Shown in pieces: positions 1 through 8,388 of a stretch of DNA of 64,000 bases. This DNA comes from Pseudobdellovibrionaceae bacterium (lineage in GTDB: Bacteria; Bdellovibrionota; FAC87; UBA2466; JACKAF01). Position numbers and translations under genes: made by a program. The notes below the pieces were generated by a model. The model was given only the letters and a program-made list of their open reading frames with translations. It ran no database searches and was not told the origin of the DNA. The stretch covers positions 268,051 through 332,050 of the forward strand of contig JACKAF010000003.1 of assembly GCA_020635235.1 (NCBI GenBank). The letters are read 5' to 3'. Each line of letters opens with the position of its first letter. The first letter of the stretch is position 1.

Positions 1-412
1 TGACCTGGCTTAGGAGTATTTTCGCGCCCCGTTCCTGCTCGTGAAAACTTTCCGCGTGTTGCTTCAGCGAGGAGCTGAAGATGTTGTCGCCGAGGACCAC
101 TGTGAGTTTTGAATTTCCGCAATAGTCTTCTGCAAGACCGAGGGCCTGAGCGATCCCGCCGGCCGCGTCCTGAACCTTGTAGGTAAAACGGCAGCTGTAG
201 TCCTTGCCGGATCCTAGCAAATTGACCACATCCCCCATGTGCTCCACACCGGTGACGATCAAAATATCGCGGACATCCGCCTCCACTAGTTTATCCACCG
301 CATGGAGAATCATCGGTTTGTGACCCACCGGAAGTAGATGCTTGTTGGTGACTTTAGTCAGCGGAAAAAGGCGCGAGCCGGTCCCTCCGGCAAGTACCAC
401 TCCTCGGATCAT
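1..412 (-). CDS. sugar-phosphate nucleotidyltransferase, glucose-1-phosphate thymidylyltransferase-like (C-terminal part lies outside the window)
   Basis: Own translation of the minus strand from the ATG at 412-410 gives MIRGVVLAGGTGSRLFPLTKVTNKHLLPVGHKPMI. This carries the GxGxRLxPLT...K nucleotidyltransferase signature. There is an ATGA overlap with the stop of the upstream dehydratase gene. Confidence 0.75.
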   Translation of the reverse strand, partial: MIRGVVLAGGTGSRLFPLTKVTNKHLLPVGHKPMILHAVDKLVEADVRDILIVTGVEHMGDVVNLLGSGKDYSCRFTYKVQDAAGGIAQALGLAEDYCGNSKLTVVLGDNIFSSSLKQHAESFHEQERGAKILLSQV

Positions 413-1467
413 AGCTGAGTCTCCTGTTCTTGGGCTTTGGGCGCGTAGTTCGCAGCGTAGTAGGCCGCGTAGTTATCGTCGCGCAGGCTTTGCCACCAAT
501 GGGTGTTTTCCAGGTACCAATCGACAGTTTGGTTCAGTCCGTCTTCAAAGTTTAGTAGTGGTTTCCAACCTAAAGTGTGACGAATCTTATCGGCACTGAG
601 TCCGTAGCGCCGATCGTGGCCGGGGCGATCTTTTACATATTGGATCAAGGACTCGGGTTTCCCTACTCGTTTCAAAATCCCTCGAACCAAGTTCAGGTTA
701 GCATGCTCTTCACTTGCGCTTACGTTGTAGACTTCGCCGGCCGTTCCCTCCGACAAAACCAGGGAAATGGCCCGGCAGTGATCGCTTACGTGCAACCAAT
801 CGCGGACCTGCTGCCCGTCTCCATATATCGGAATGCATTTTTCTTCCAAGGCGTTAGCAATGACCAAGGGGATTAGCTTTTCCGGATACTGGTACGGCCC
901 AAAGTTGTTCGTACACCGCGTAATCACAACATCCTGACCAAATGTATGGTGCGCGGCCAAGGCGAAGAGATCTCCCGACGCTTTAGCAGCGGCGTAGGGG
1001 GAGCTCGGTGTGAGCGGAGAGTTCTCTGTAAACGTTGGATCGTCCGGATTGAGCGAACCATAAACTTCATCGGTTGAAACTTGTACAAACCGGACGTCTC
1101 CGAGTTTTCGAGTCAAGCTGAGAAGATTTTGAACTCCAGCCACGTTTGTTTGCACAAAAGCGGAAGGGTCCAAAATACTTTTGTCCACGTGCGTTTCTGC
1201 CGCGAAATTGACGAGCGCGTGCGGCTTGAACCTCGCCAGTATTTCTTCTAACTGGGGATCGGCAATATCTGCACGAAGGTGCTGGTAGCGATCGGGCGCG
1301 AGAAGGGACAGCATTTGCGCTGTCTGTGGGTGCGCGGCGTAGGTCATGCGGTCAATATTGAGGACTTTGGCCTGCGGGTACTCCGAAAGGAACAACCCAA
1401 CGAAATTTGAGCCTATGAAGCCACAGCCGCCTGTGACAACGCACCGAAATTCATTCTCTTTTGGCAC
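409..1467 (-). CDS. rfbB: dTDP-glucose 4,6-dehydratase
   Basis: It has the VVTGGCGFIGSNF Rossmann motif, YAAAKA (YxxxK) and full-length similarity to RmlB-type dehydratases. The ORF is open to 1551, but the GTG at 1467 is preceded by GAGGTG (SD) at 4 nt and gives a normal N-terminus (MPKENEFRCVVTGG). Confidence 0.9.
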   Translation of the reverse strand: MPKENEFRCVVTGGCGFIGSNFVGLFLSEYPQAKVLNIDRMTYAAHPQTAQMLSLLAPDRYQHLRADIADPQLEEILARFKPHALVNFAAETHVDKSILDPSAFVQTNVAGVQNLLSLTRKLGDVRFVQVSTDEVYGSLNPDDPTFTENSPLTPSSPYAAAKASGDLFALAAHHTFGQDVVITRCTNNFGPYQYPEKLIPLVIANALEEKCIPIYGDGQQVRDWLHVSDHCRAISLVLSEGTAGEVYNVSASEEHANLNLVRGILKRVGKPESLIQYVKDRPGHDRRYGLSADKIRHTLGWKPLLNFEDGLNQTVDWYLENTHWWQSLRDDNYAAYYAANYAPKAQEQETQL

Positions 1468-1625
1468 TTTCACCTCTGCTTTTTTAGTCGGGGGACGGGC
1501 GCCTGGCAAGCCTTTAAGGGCGGTGGAGTGCCGGCGTGATGCGGGGGGCAATGACAGGGCGCCTCCTTTCCCGTAACCCAGTAAAGATGCCGCTCCTTGT
1601 TAGCGGCACTATATGGGGGGGCTAC

Positions 1626-2411
1626 ATGAAAGGTAAAAATCTACTAATAATATTGAGCTTGGTCTTCAGTTTCGCGGGGTACGCGGTGGAGTGTCCGAGC
1701 AGTATCCAGTACAAAGGCGGCCGGCTTTTGAAGAGCGGCGAGACCTATTACTACCCGACCGGGCGCGTGCTAAAGAGCGGGAGTACGGTCTATTACGCGA
1801 GTGGGCGCTTGCTCAAGAGCGGCGAAACTTTTTACTACTCCACAGGGCGTTTATTGAAGTCCGGAGGGACTCTTTACTACCCAGACGGGCGCCTCATAAA
1901 GAGTGGGGAGACGTACTATTACCCCACCGGCCGGCTATTGAAGAGCGGAAACACGTTTTATTATGACAACGGGCGTTTGGCGCGTTCAGGATCCACGCTG
2001 TATCGGCCCGACGGTAGTATCACCGCTTTTCCGATTCGGTTGCACGCCCAAATTGCCGAGTACGGCGAACTCAGCGCCTACGTTAGCAAAGATACAGAGC
2101 AGTTGGATGTTTTCTTCAACGGGCTTCAATCCGAAAGCGATCGAGTTACATTGGCAACCCAATGGAATGGGGAAACTTTCTCGCAATTAAGTTTTCTAAT
2201 TCACTCCGGTTACGAGAATGAGTTTGTAAGTCTCGAGGTCTCCGACGAGGATTCGGTCTGCACATTGGTAGACGGATCGGTGCAGCCTGGGGCGAGCTTT
2301 ACGCTCTACGGTAAGGCAGCAACTGTCGAAGTTAACGTAAATGAGGGTTTCGATCCGGCCCGAGTGCGACAGCTCCTTGAAGATGCGCTTACGGTAGCCG
2401 GAACCAAATAG
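1626..2411 (+). CDS. secreted repeat protein (about 7.5 tandem 14-aa YYxxxGRLLKSGxT repeats plus a non-repeat C-terminal domain)
   Basis: The ATG at 1626 starts MKGKNLLIILSLVFSFAGYA, a signal-peptide-like N-terminus. The ORF upstream of it (from 1536) has no such feature. The repeats are visible directly in the translation. Confidence 0.7.
   Translation: MKGKNLLIILSLVFSFAGYAVECPSSIQYKGGRLLKSGETYYYPTGRVLKSGSTVYYASGRLLKSGETFYYSTGRLLKSGGTLYYPDGRLIKSGETYYYPTGRLLKSGNTFYYDNGRLARSGSTLYRPDGSITAFPIRLHAQIAEYGELSAYVSKDTEQLDVFFNGLQSESDRVTLATQWNGETFSQLSFLIHSGYENEFVSLEVSDEDSVCTLVDGSVQPGASFTLYGKAATVEVNVNEGFDPARVRQLLEDALTVAGTK
1704..2021 (+). repeat. tandem coding repeat, 42-nt period, about 7.5 copies
   Basis: The units are IQYKGGRLLKSGET / YYYPTGRVLKSGST / VYYASGRLLKSGET / FYYSTGRLLKSGGT / LYYPDGRLIKSGET / YYYPTGRLLKSGNT / FYYDNGRLARSGST / LYRPDGS. 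The repeat also generates spurious alternate-frame ORFs. Confidence 0.85.
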
Positions 2412-2449
2412 ACTACTTTTTAGGGCTATTCGGTGATAACTTCTCGCCC

Positions 2450-3388
2450 GTGAAAATCCTTGTAACGGGCGGAAGCGGATTTTTGGGTAGGCACTTGGTG
2501 GTGGCATTGCGCCGCCAAGTGCCCGGTGCCCAAGTTTTCATTTCTAGCCGATCTGGAAAAATCGTACCGGGGGCAGAGACAGTCGTCCTGGATCCCGTGG
2601 ATCCCAAGGCCGTAACGGCCTGGTTGAAGGCGAACCCAGTCGACAGAGTTTATCACCTTTCTGGTTTGTCGCGTGTTTCTGAGGATCTCCCTTTTCCTCA
2701 GTATTTTGAATACAACTCCCTGTCTACGCAGTGCCTACTTGAGGGGCTAAAGGCCAGCGATTTCAAGCAAACATTTTTCTTGGCCAGTTCGGTTCAGGTC
2801 TATGGGAACCAGTCGGGTCTCATTCGGGAGGCATCCCGTGTGGCCCCCGGAAGCAAGTATGCTTTTAGCAAATATTTGGCAGAGCGGTGCGTGGAGCAGG
2901 CCGCTGAAGGTGGCTTTAAAGCCATTGTGGGGCGTATTGATAGTTGTCTGGGGCCCGGCCAGACGCTTGGCTTTGTGGCGCCCGATCTCATCCGCAAGAT
3001 TCTTAAAGCCGATACCGCGGGAGAATCGAAGATCTCCGTCGCCAATTCTGAAGTCACCCGGCACTTTCTGGATGTTCGGGATGCCGCCCGCATGATGGTG
3101 GACTTAGTAGAATCCGCGAGGTCCGGTTGCGAGGTGATGCATATTGCTGCCCCACACGCGACTTCCATAAAGGACATTCTCTCAATGCTGCTCGAAATCC
3201 ATGGGGAGAAGTTACAGATAGTGGCCTCCAGAGAACAATTGGCCAACCCTTTTGCGGGGCTTTCGCTAAGCATCGATAAACTTGAGGATAGACTCCCGGG
3301 TTGCTACTTTACGGACTTGAAAACCACTTTGCGTGACCTGTTTGTGGAAATGAAACAGGAGCTTGCTGTAGACGGAGGAAGAGAATGA
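2450..3388 (+). CDS. NAD-dependent epimerase/dehydratase family protein
   Basis: It has the N-terminal (V)KILVTGGSGFLGRHLV Rossmann motif, YAFSKYLAE (YxxxK) and a GTG start. Its stop overlaps the trxB start. Confidence 0.8.
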   Translation: MKILVTGGSGFLGRHLVVALRRQVPGAQVFISSRSGKIVPGAETVVLDPVDPKAVTAWLKANPVDRVYHLSGLSRVSEDLPFPQYFEYNSLSTQCLLEGLKASDFKQTFFLASSVQVYGNQSGLIREASRVAPGSKYAFSKYLAERCVEQAAEGGFKAIVGRIDSCLGPGQTLGFVAPDLIRKILKADTAGESKISVANSEVTRHFLDVRDAARMMVDLVESARSGCEVMHIAAPHATSIKDILSMLLEIHGEKLQIVASREQLANPFAGLSLSIDKLEDRLPGCYFTDLKTTLRDLFVEMKQELAVDGGRE

Positions 3389-4317
3389 GCGTGGAATCGG
3401 TAATCATCATCGGATCAGGACCCGCGGGGTATACGGCCGCGATCTACACGGCTCGAGCCAATCTGAGTCCGCTTGTCATAGAAGGTTACCAAGTGGGCGG
3501 GCAGCTGATGCTTACGAGCGACGTGGAAAATTATCCTGGTTTTCCTGACGGGATCATGGGGCCGGAAATGATGCCTTTGTTTCGCAAACAGGCCGAGCGT
3601 TTCGGTACACGGTTTTTGCAGAAGGACGTTACTAAGGTCGATTTTACTGGTCCCGTCCATAAGGTCTATTGCGGCGAAACTGTCTATGAGGCGAAAGCTG
3701 TGATCATTGCGACGGGAGCGTCCGCTAAATGGCTGGGCCTACCCTCCGAGCAGAAACTAATGGCAAAGGGTGTTTCGGCCTGCGCGACTTGTGACGGGGC
3801 CTTTTTTAGAGATGAGGATCTTGTTGTCGTCGGTGGCGGGGACACGGCGATGGAAGAAGCGAACTATCTCACCCGCTTCGCGAAGAAAGTGACAGTCGTG
3901 CACCGTCGCGAGTCTTTGCGGGCTTCGAAGATCATGCAAGATCGGGCGATGAACAATCCCAAGATTGAGTTCATTTGGGACACCGGGATTGAGGAGATCC
4001 TTGGCGAAGACAAAGTGGTCGGGGTGAAGCTCAAAAATCTGAAGACGGGAGAAACTTCCAACTTTGATTGCGGCGGAGTTTTCGTGGCGATCGGACACAA
4101 GCCCAATACGGACTTTCTCAAGGGGCATTTGGAATTGGACGAAACCGGCTACATTAAGCTGGCCAAGCTTCCTACCACCCAGACGGGGGTTCCCGGAGTA
4201 TTTGCGGCGGGCGACGTGCATGACAAGATCTACCGCCAGGCCGTCACTGCGGCCGGGTCGGGCTGTGCCGCAGCCATCGACACGGAGCGCTACCTCGAGG
4301 GCTTAGAGCACCCTTAA
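3385..4317 (+). CDS. trxB: thioredoxin-disulfide reductase
   Basis: It has GSGPAGYTAAIY (FAD), the CATCDG redox-active disulfide and GGGDTAMEEA (NADPH). The length is 310 aa. Confidence 0.95.
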   Translation: MSVESVIIIGSGPAGYTAAIYTARANLSPLVIEGYQVGGQLMLTSDVENYPGFPDGIMGPEMMPLFRKQAERFGTRFLQKDVTKVDFTGPVHKVYCGETVYEAKAVIIATGASAKWLGLPSEQKLMAKGVSACATCDGAFFRDEDLVVVGGGDTAMEEANYLTRFAKKVTVVHRRESLRASKIMQDRAMNNPKIEFIWDTGIEEILGEDKVVGVKLKNLKTGETSNFDCGGVFVAIGHKPNTDFLKGHLELDETGYIKLAKLPTTQTGVPGVFAAGDVHDKIYRQAVTAAGSGCAAAIDTERYLEGLEHP

Positions 4318-4394
4318 CGACAAAAGTTAACACCCTTCACTCGGGAACTTGACCTTGGATGCCACTTACTAAAAATTGGTGTGAGGGTTTCTTT

Positions 4395-4413
4395 GCAATC
4401 CTTGAAGGATTGC
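4395..4413 (+). other. perfect 19-nt palindrome / hairpin (gcaatcct-tga-aggattgc) between trxB and the M3 peptidase gene
   Basis: Read directly from the sequence: 8-bp stem, 3-nt loop, no U-tract. It lies 17 nt upstream of the peptidase ATG, so it could be a weak terminator or an operator. Confidence 0.3.
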
Positions 4414-4429
4414 TCCTACCGTAAAAAAC

Positions 4430-6523
4430 ATGGGGGTTGGGGTGAAAATCTTATATTCTTGTATCTTTATGGTGACGTCTTTGCTGGTCATCACGTGCAG
4501 CGGAAACAACAACGTTGTGGCGGGGCGAGGCGCAACCGACTCAGGAGAGCGCATGCACGACCTCACTCAGCTTAACTTCGCTTATACCCCGGATGAAATT
4601 CGCAGTATCTGCGACCAGGAGCAAAATCGTGTCAACGCTGGAATTGACGCTGTTGCGGGCCTCGATCTGTCGACGGTCAACTTTGATAGTGGTGTGCTAG
4701 CGTTGGAAACCGCTCTAGCGGAATTTTCTGCTGGGCTGGAGCCAGTCAACTTCCTGAAATACGTCTCACCCGATCCAGAAGTCAGGGATGCGGCCGACGA
4801 ATGCGAACAGGCGATCGCAAAGCTCTACGTAGACATCTTTGCCCGCGAAGACCTCTATAAGGTGGTGAAGGCCTGCGAAACAAAGAGCCAAAATCTAGGT
4901 GCGGTCCAAAAGCGTTTGATTACGGAATATTTGGACGAATTCCAACGCAATGGTTTGGAATTGCCACTGGAAAAACGAAAGCAGTTTATTGAGAAGAAAA
5001 AGAAGCTCGTCGAGATAACCACCGAGTTCGATAAGAATCTGGTGGAATGGAAGGACTCATTAATAGTTAGCCGCGACGAGCTGGACGGCATGCCGGAAGA
5101 CTACATCAAGGGTTTGGAGAAAACCGAGGACGGAAAGTACAAGGTTGGTCTCTCTTATCCTGAATACTTCCCGTTCATGCAAAATGCGAAAAACGCCGAT
5201 GCTCGCCGACGCTTGCAGATCAAGTTCTTTAACCGCGGTGGCAACCGGAACACGGATCTCCTAGAAAGTGCCATCCGCCTCCGCCATGAATCCGCCGAAT
5301 TGCTTGGCAAAAAGAACCACGCGACGTTTGTGCTTGAGCAACGCATGGCAAAAGCGCCGGAGAAGGTTTTGTCTTTCCTAAATGATCTTATCGCAAAACT
5401 GAAGCCGAAGGGTGAAGCCGACCTGGCAGAAATGTTGGAATTTAAGCAAAAAGACGATCCCGCAGCGACTGAGATTTTGCCTTGGGATTGGCGCTACTAC
5501 GACAACCAGATCAAGAAAGAGAAGTACCAGGTCGATCAACAGAAGATCAAAGAGTACTTCCCTCTTGCTACTGTAAATAAGGGAATGTTTGAGATCTACG
5601 AAACCCTATTGAACGTGGATTTCGTAGAGGATACCGAGGCCCCGCGCTGGCACGACTCTGTGCTTGCTTATAAGGTCGTCGACAAAAAGACTAAGAAGCA
5701 CCTGGCGAGTTTTTACATGGATTTGTTCCCTCGTCCAGGGAAGTACGGGCACGCGGCGGCGTTTACTTTGGTTTCGGGATACACACGAGCTGACGGGAGT
5801 TACCAGCGCCCTGTGTCCTCCATCGTAGCCAACTACAATGCTCCGCAAGAGGGGCAGCCGTCGCTACTCACGCACAGTGAAGTGGAAACTCAGTTCCATG
5901 AGTTCGGCCACATCATGCACCAGGTCCTTACGACTGCACCGTATACGACCTTCTCGGGAACACGTGTAAAGCGAGACTTTGTCGAAGCACCCTCGCAGAT
6001 GCTCGAGAATTGGGTCTGGAATAAGGAGTCTCTCAGCAAACTCTCCGGCCATTATCTCCGCCCCAGCGAGACGTTGCCCGACGAGTTACTGGATTCTCTG
6101 TTAAAAGCCAAATTAGCGAATGCGGGCATCACCTACCTAAGGCAGCTTTTCTTCGGAACGCTCGATATGACGTACCACACGTCGGCATCGGTAAATTCCA
6201 CAGCGGTGTATGAAAAACTTCAGAAGGAAATCATGCTCATTGCCATGCCACCGGGGACCCAGCCGCAAGCGAGCTTTGGCCACCTGATGGGGGGCTACGA
6301 CGCCGGCTACTACGGGTATCTGTGGTCCGAGGTCTTCGCACAGGATATGTTTACCCGCTTTGAAAAAGAAGGGCTTCTCAATGCCAAAACTGGCGCCGAC
6401 TACCGCCACTGGATACTTGAAAAAGGGGGGACGGTAGATCCCTCAGAGCTCATCAAGGGCTTTTTGGGAAGAGAACCCAACAACGTGGCGTTCCTGGAGA
6501 GCATTGGGCTAAGCGTGCGCTAG
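4430..6523 (+). CDS. M3 family metallopeptidase (thimet oligopeptidase / Dcp-like), probable lipoprotein
   Basis: It has the HEFGH zinc motif in an M3-type context (THSEVETQFHEFGHIMH). The length of 697 aa is typical of M3A. The N-terminus has a hydrophobic segment ending in ITC. Confidence 0.9.
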   Translation: MGVGVKILYSCIFMVTSLLVITCSGNNNVVAGRGATDSGERMHDLTQLNFAYTPDEIRSICDQEQNRVNAGIDAVAGLDLSTVNFDSGVLALETALAEFSAGLEPVNFLKYVSPDPEVRDAADECEQAIAKLYVDIFAREDLYKVVKACETKSQNLGAVQKRLITEYLDEFQRNGLELPLEKRKQFIEKKKKLVEITTEFDKNLVEWKDSLIVSRDELDGMPEDYIKGLEKTEDGKYKVGLSYPEYFPFMQNAKNADARRRLQIKFFNRGGNRNTDLLESAIRLRHESAELLGKKNHATFVLEQRMAKAPEKVLSFLNDLIAKLKPKGEADLAEMLEFKQKDDPAATEILPWDWRYYDNQIKKEKYQVDQQKIKEYFPLATVNKGMFEIYETLLNVDFVEDTEAPRWHDSVLAYKVVDKKTKKHLASFYMDLFPRPGKYGHAAAFTLVSGYTRADGSYQRPVSSIVANYNAPQEGQPSLLTHSEVETQFHEFGHIMHQVLTTAPYTTFSGTRVKRDFVEAPSQMLENWVWNKESLSKLSGHYLRPSETLPDELLDSLLKAKLANAGITYLRQLFFGTLDMTYHTSASVNSTAVYEKLQKEIMLIAMPPGTQPQASFGHLMGGYDAGYYGYLWSEVFAQDMFTRFEKEGLLNAKTGADYRHWILEKGGTVDPSELIKGFLGREPNNVAFLESIGLSVR

Positions 6524-7386
6524 TTCTGCAGTCCGTCGAAAAACGCCTGCACCGCAGGTGCGACGGACTCCGGTGTATCAAGCTGCAGGTGATGGCCGCC
6601 CTCAAGGCGTTGCTGCTCCAGCTGCGGTACTGCCTGGCAGCGTTTTTCCAACTGATCTTTGATGTAGGGGAGGCGTCCCGGTAGACCCTCAGTTGCCCAG
6701 AGAATTTTGGTGGGGCAGTGGATTTTTTGAAGAAACGCGAGCACCTGTTCCTCGGTCATCCGTAGGGAAGAGGGAAGCGTAAGGCGTGGATCGCTCCGCC
6801 ACGTATAGCCACCGTCTACTTTCTGGGCCCCGCGCTCAATTAAATGGTGTGCACCCTCCGCGCTAATGGCGGCGACTTTTTGTCGTGCCTGGACCATTTC
6901 GTCCTTGTCCCTAAAGATTCTTGGGGTGGCTCGGCTCGGCTCTTTTACCCACCTTCTAACAAACTGTTCTAGGCGGGCGACATTTTGTTCGGCGCTGTCG
7001 GACATGGGGCCGATTGAGTCTATGAGAAAAAGGCCTGTGACTTCTTTCGGCTGAATAGCAGCGATGAGGCTCCCGATCGCGGCTCCCATGGAATGGCCGA
7101 GGATCCCATAACGTTTCCAGCCTAGCTGCTGGACGAGCTCCACCATAACCGGGACCGAGCCGATAAAATGGTACTGCATTCCGGTCGGGAGGTGTTCGGA
7201 CAAACCGTGTCCGGGAAAATCGGGGGCGACCAGCCTAAAACCCCGCAATAGCGGCGCAAGCCGGTTGAAGGTGGCCGCGTTGTCTAACCAGCCGTGCAGA
7301 GCCAAGAGAGGCGTGGCGTTGGCAGAACCCCACACCTTGGCGGCAAGCCGTCCCGATCTTAAGTTGAATTGGAGTTCTTCTGGGAT
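6520..7386 (-). CDS. alpha/beta hydrolase fold protein
   Basis: It has LLALHGWLDN, the GHSMGA nucleophile elbow and a C-terminal GGHHLQLD. The first canonical start is GTG at 7335. The frame is open upstream, and a SD-preceded ATC at 7386-7384 would restore the usual N-terminal strands, so the start is uncertain. Confidence 0.8.
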   Translation of the reverse strand: MPEELQFNLRSGRLAAKVWGSANATPLLALHGWLDNAATFNRLAPLLRGFRLVAPDFPGHGLSEHLPTGMQYHFIGSVPVMVELVQQLGWKRYGILGHSMGAAIGSLIAAIQPKEVTGLFLIDSIGPMSDSAEQNVARLEQFVRRWVKEPSRATPRIFRDKDEMVQARQKVAAISAEGAHHLIERGAQKVDGGYTWRSDPRLTLPSSLRMTEEQVLAFLQKIHCPTKILWATEGLPGRLPYIKDQLEKRCQAVPQLEQQRLEGGHHLQLDTPESVAPAVQAFFDGLQN

Positions 7387-7387
7387 T

Positions 7388-8308
7388 TTAACCCTCGCGC
7401 GCCTCTAGCCACAGTCGGCAGAAGCCGGCATAGCTATCAGCAATGCGGCCAATCGCTTCCTCGCGGCTGGCCTTCTTCGCCTGGAAGTCCAAGAGTGCCT
7501 GCTGGAAAACTGTTCGGCCGACCGCAAAGCCAATCACACCCGCGACATTGGCACCGACACGCAACCACTCGCGTACTTTCGCGTCGTTTTCGCCACGTCC
7601 AAGGATGATGACGCCGACTTTGTCGCGTCCGCCTTCGCGGCAGGCTTCGACGACCATTTCACAATCCGATTTGCGATCTAAACCTTCAAGTTTCCACACA
7701 TCGGGTTCTACTTTTGCTTTTTGTAGTTCATGGATCGCCTGTACCATAAGTTTTGGACGCATCTCGACGTCAAATACTGATTTCTCACCCTTGCAGCGTT
7801 CCAATTGGGAAGTGGTGGGCGGAACCAGAAGTTCGAAGATGAACTTGCGGTTTTTTTGATTGAGGTATTGGCCGAGAGTTGCCAGTTTTTGAGATTGTCG
7901 CTGGTTTAAGGCAGCGTCATCTTCAGGGTTGTAGCGGACCAAAACCTTAACGAAGTCCGGATTCACTGACTCGATGTGCTTTGCGTAGTCTGCACCGTAC
8001 TCGAAATCAAATTCGTCCTGCCCGCTTTTTTCCGCAGCCACGGAAACGCTGCAGCCGAAGGCCTTGGCTTTTTGAATAACCGCGGCGCCAAACTGCTCGT
8101 CCACCAAGATTCCCATCTTCTCTTTTGGCAGGCCAGTCGAAACGGCTTTCTCAAAGCCCTCGAATATCATCATCTTGAAGTCTGCAACCTGTTGGACTTC
8201 CGCCGGCGTTGGGGGATTGCCGTGCCCCAGCATCTTCTTCTGGAAGGAAGTGCGGTGATCAAACGGTAGAATTAGAAGGTCTTTGCTATATCCGCGCTCA
8301 TTGGCCAT
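7388..8308 (-). CDS. DUF2090-type class I aldolase family protein (IolC C-terminal / tagatose-bisphosphate aldolase-like)
   Basis: Features recalled from DUF2090 / 2-deoxy-5-keto-gluconate-6-P aldolase-like proteins are LILPFDHR, VKVLVRYNP, ELLVPP, VWKLEG and ILGRG. Confidence 0.65.
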   Translation of the reverse strand: MANERGYSKDLLILPFDHRTSFQKKMLGHGNPPTPAEVQQVADFKMMIFEGFEKAVSTGLPKEKMGILVDEQFGAAVIQKAKAFGCSVSVAAEKSGQDEFDFEYGADYAKHIESVNPDFVKVLVRYNPEDDAALNQRQSQKLATLGQYLNQKNRKFIFELLVPPTTSQLERCKGEKSVFDVEMRPKLMVQAIHELQKAKVEPDVWKLEGLDRKSDCEMVVEACREGGRDKVGVIILGRGENDAKVREWLRVGANVAGVIGFAVGRTVFQQALLDFQAKKASREEAIGRIADSYAGFCRLWLEAREG

Positions 8309-8388
8309 TGTTTACTCCTCTTTTTCTTGGGGGGTAGTATGCCAAAAAAAGAGCCCTAGTCAAAGTGCTTCGGCAGCTAATTGTTTGT

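Noticed and set aside
1468-1551. An N-terminal 28-aa extension of the rfbB ORF (MPPASRRHSTALKGLPGARPPTKKAEVK).
   Set aside because: It is Pro/Arg-rich and non-homologous. An internal GTG with a GAGGTG Shine-Dalgarno sequence gives the canonical short N-terminus before the Rossmann motif.
1691-2190. ORFs of 91 aa (1691-1966, +), 75 aa (1963-2190, +) and 66 aa (1986-2186, -) inside the repeat protein gene.
   Set aside because: They are alternate-frame or antisense readings of the 42-nt tandem repeat. They have repetitive R/E/L-rich sequence and no RBS or signal. The frame with the signal peptide and clean 14-aa repeats is the real one.
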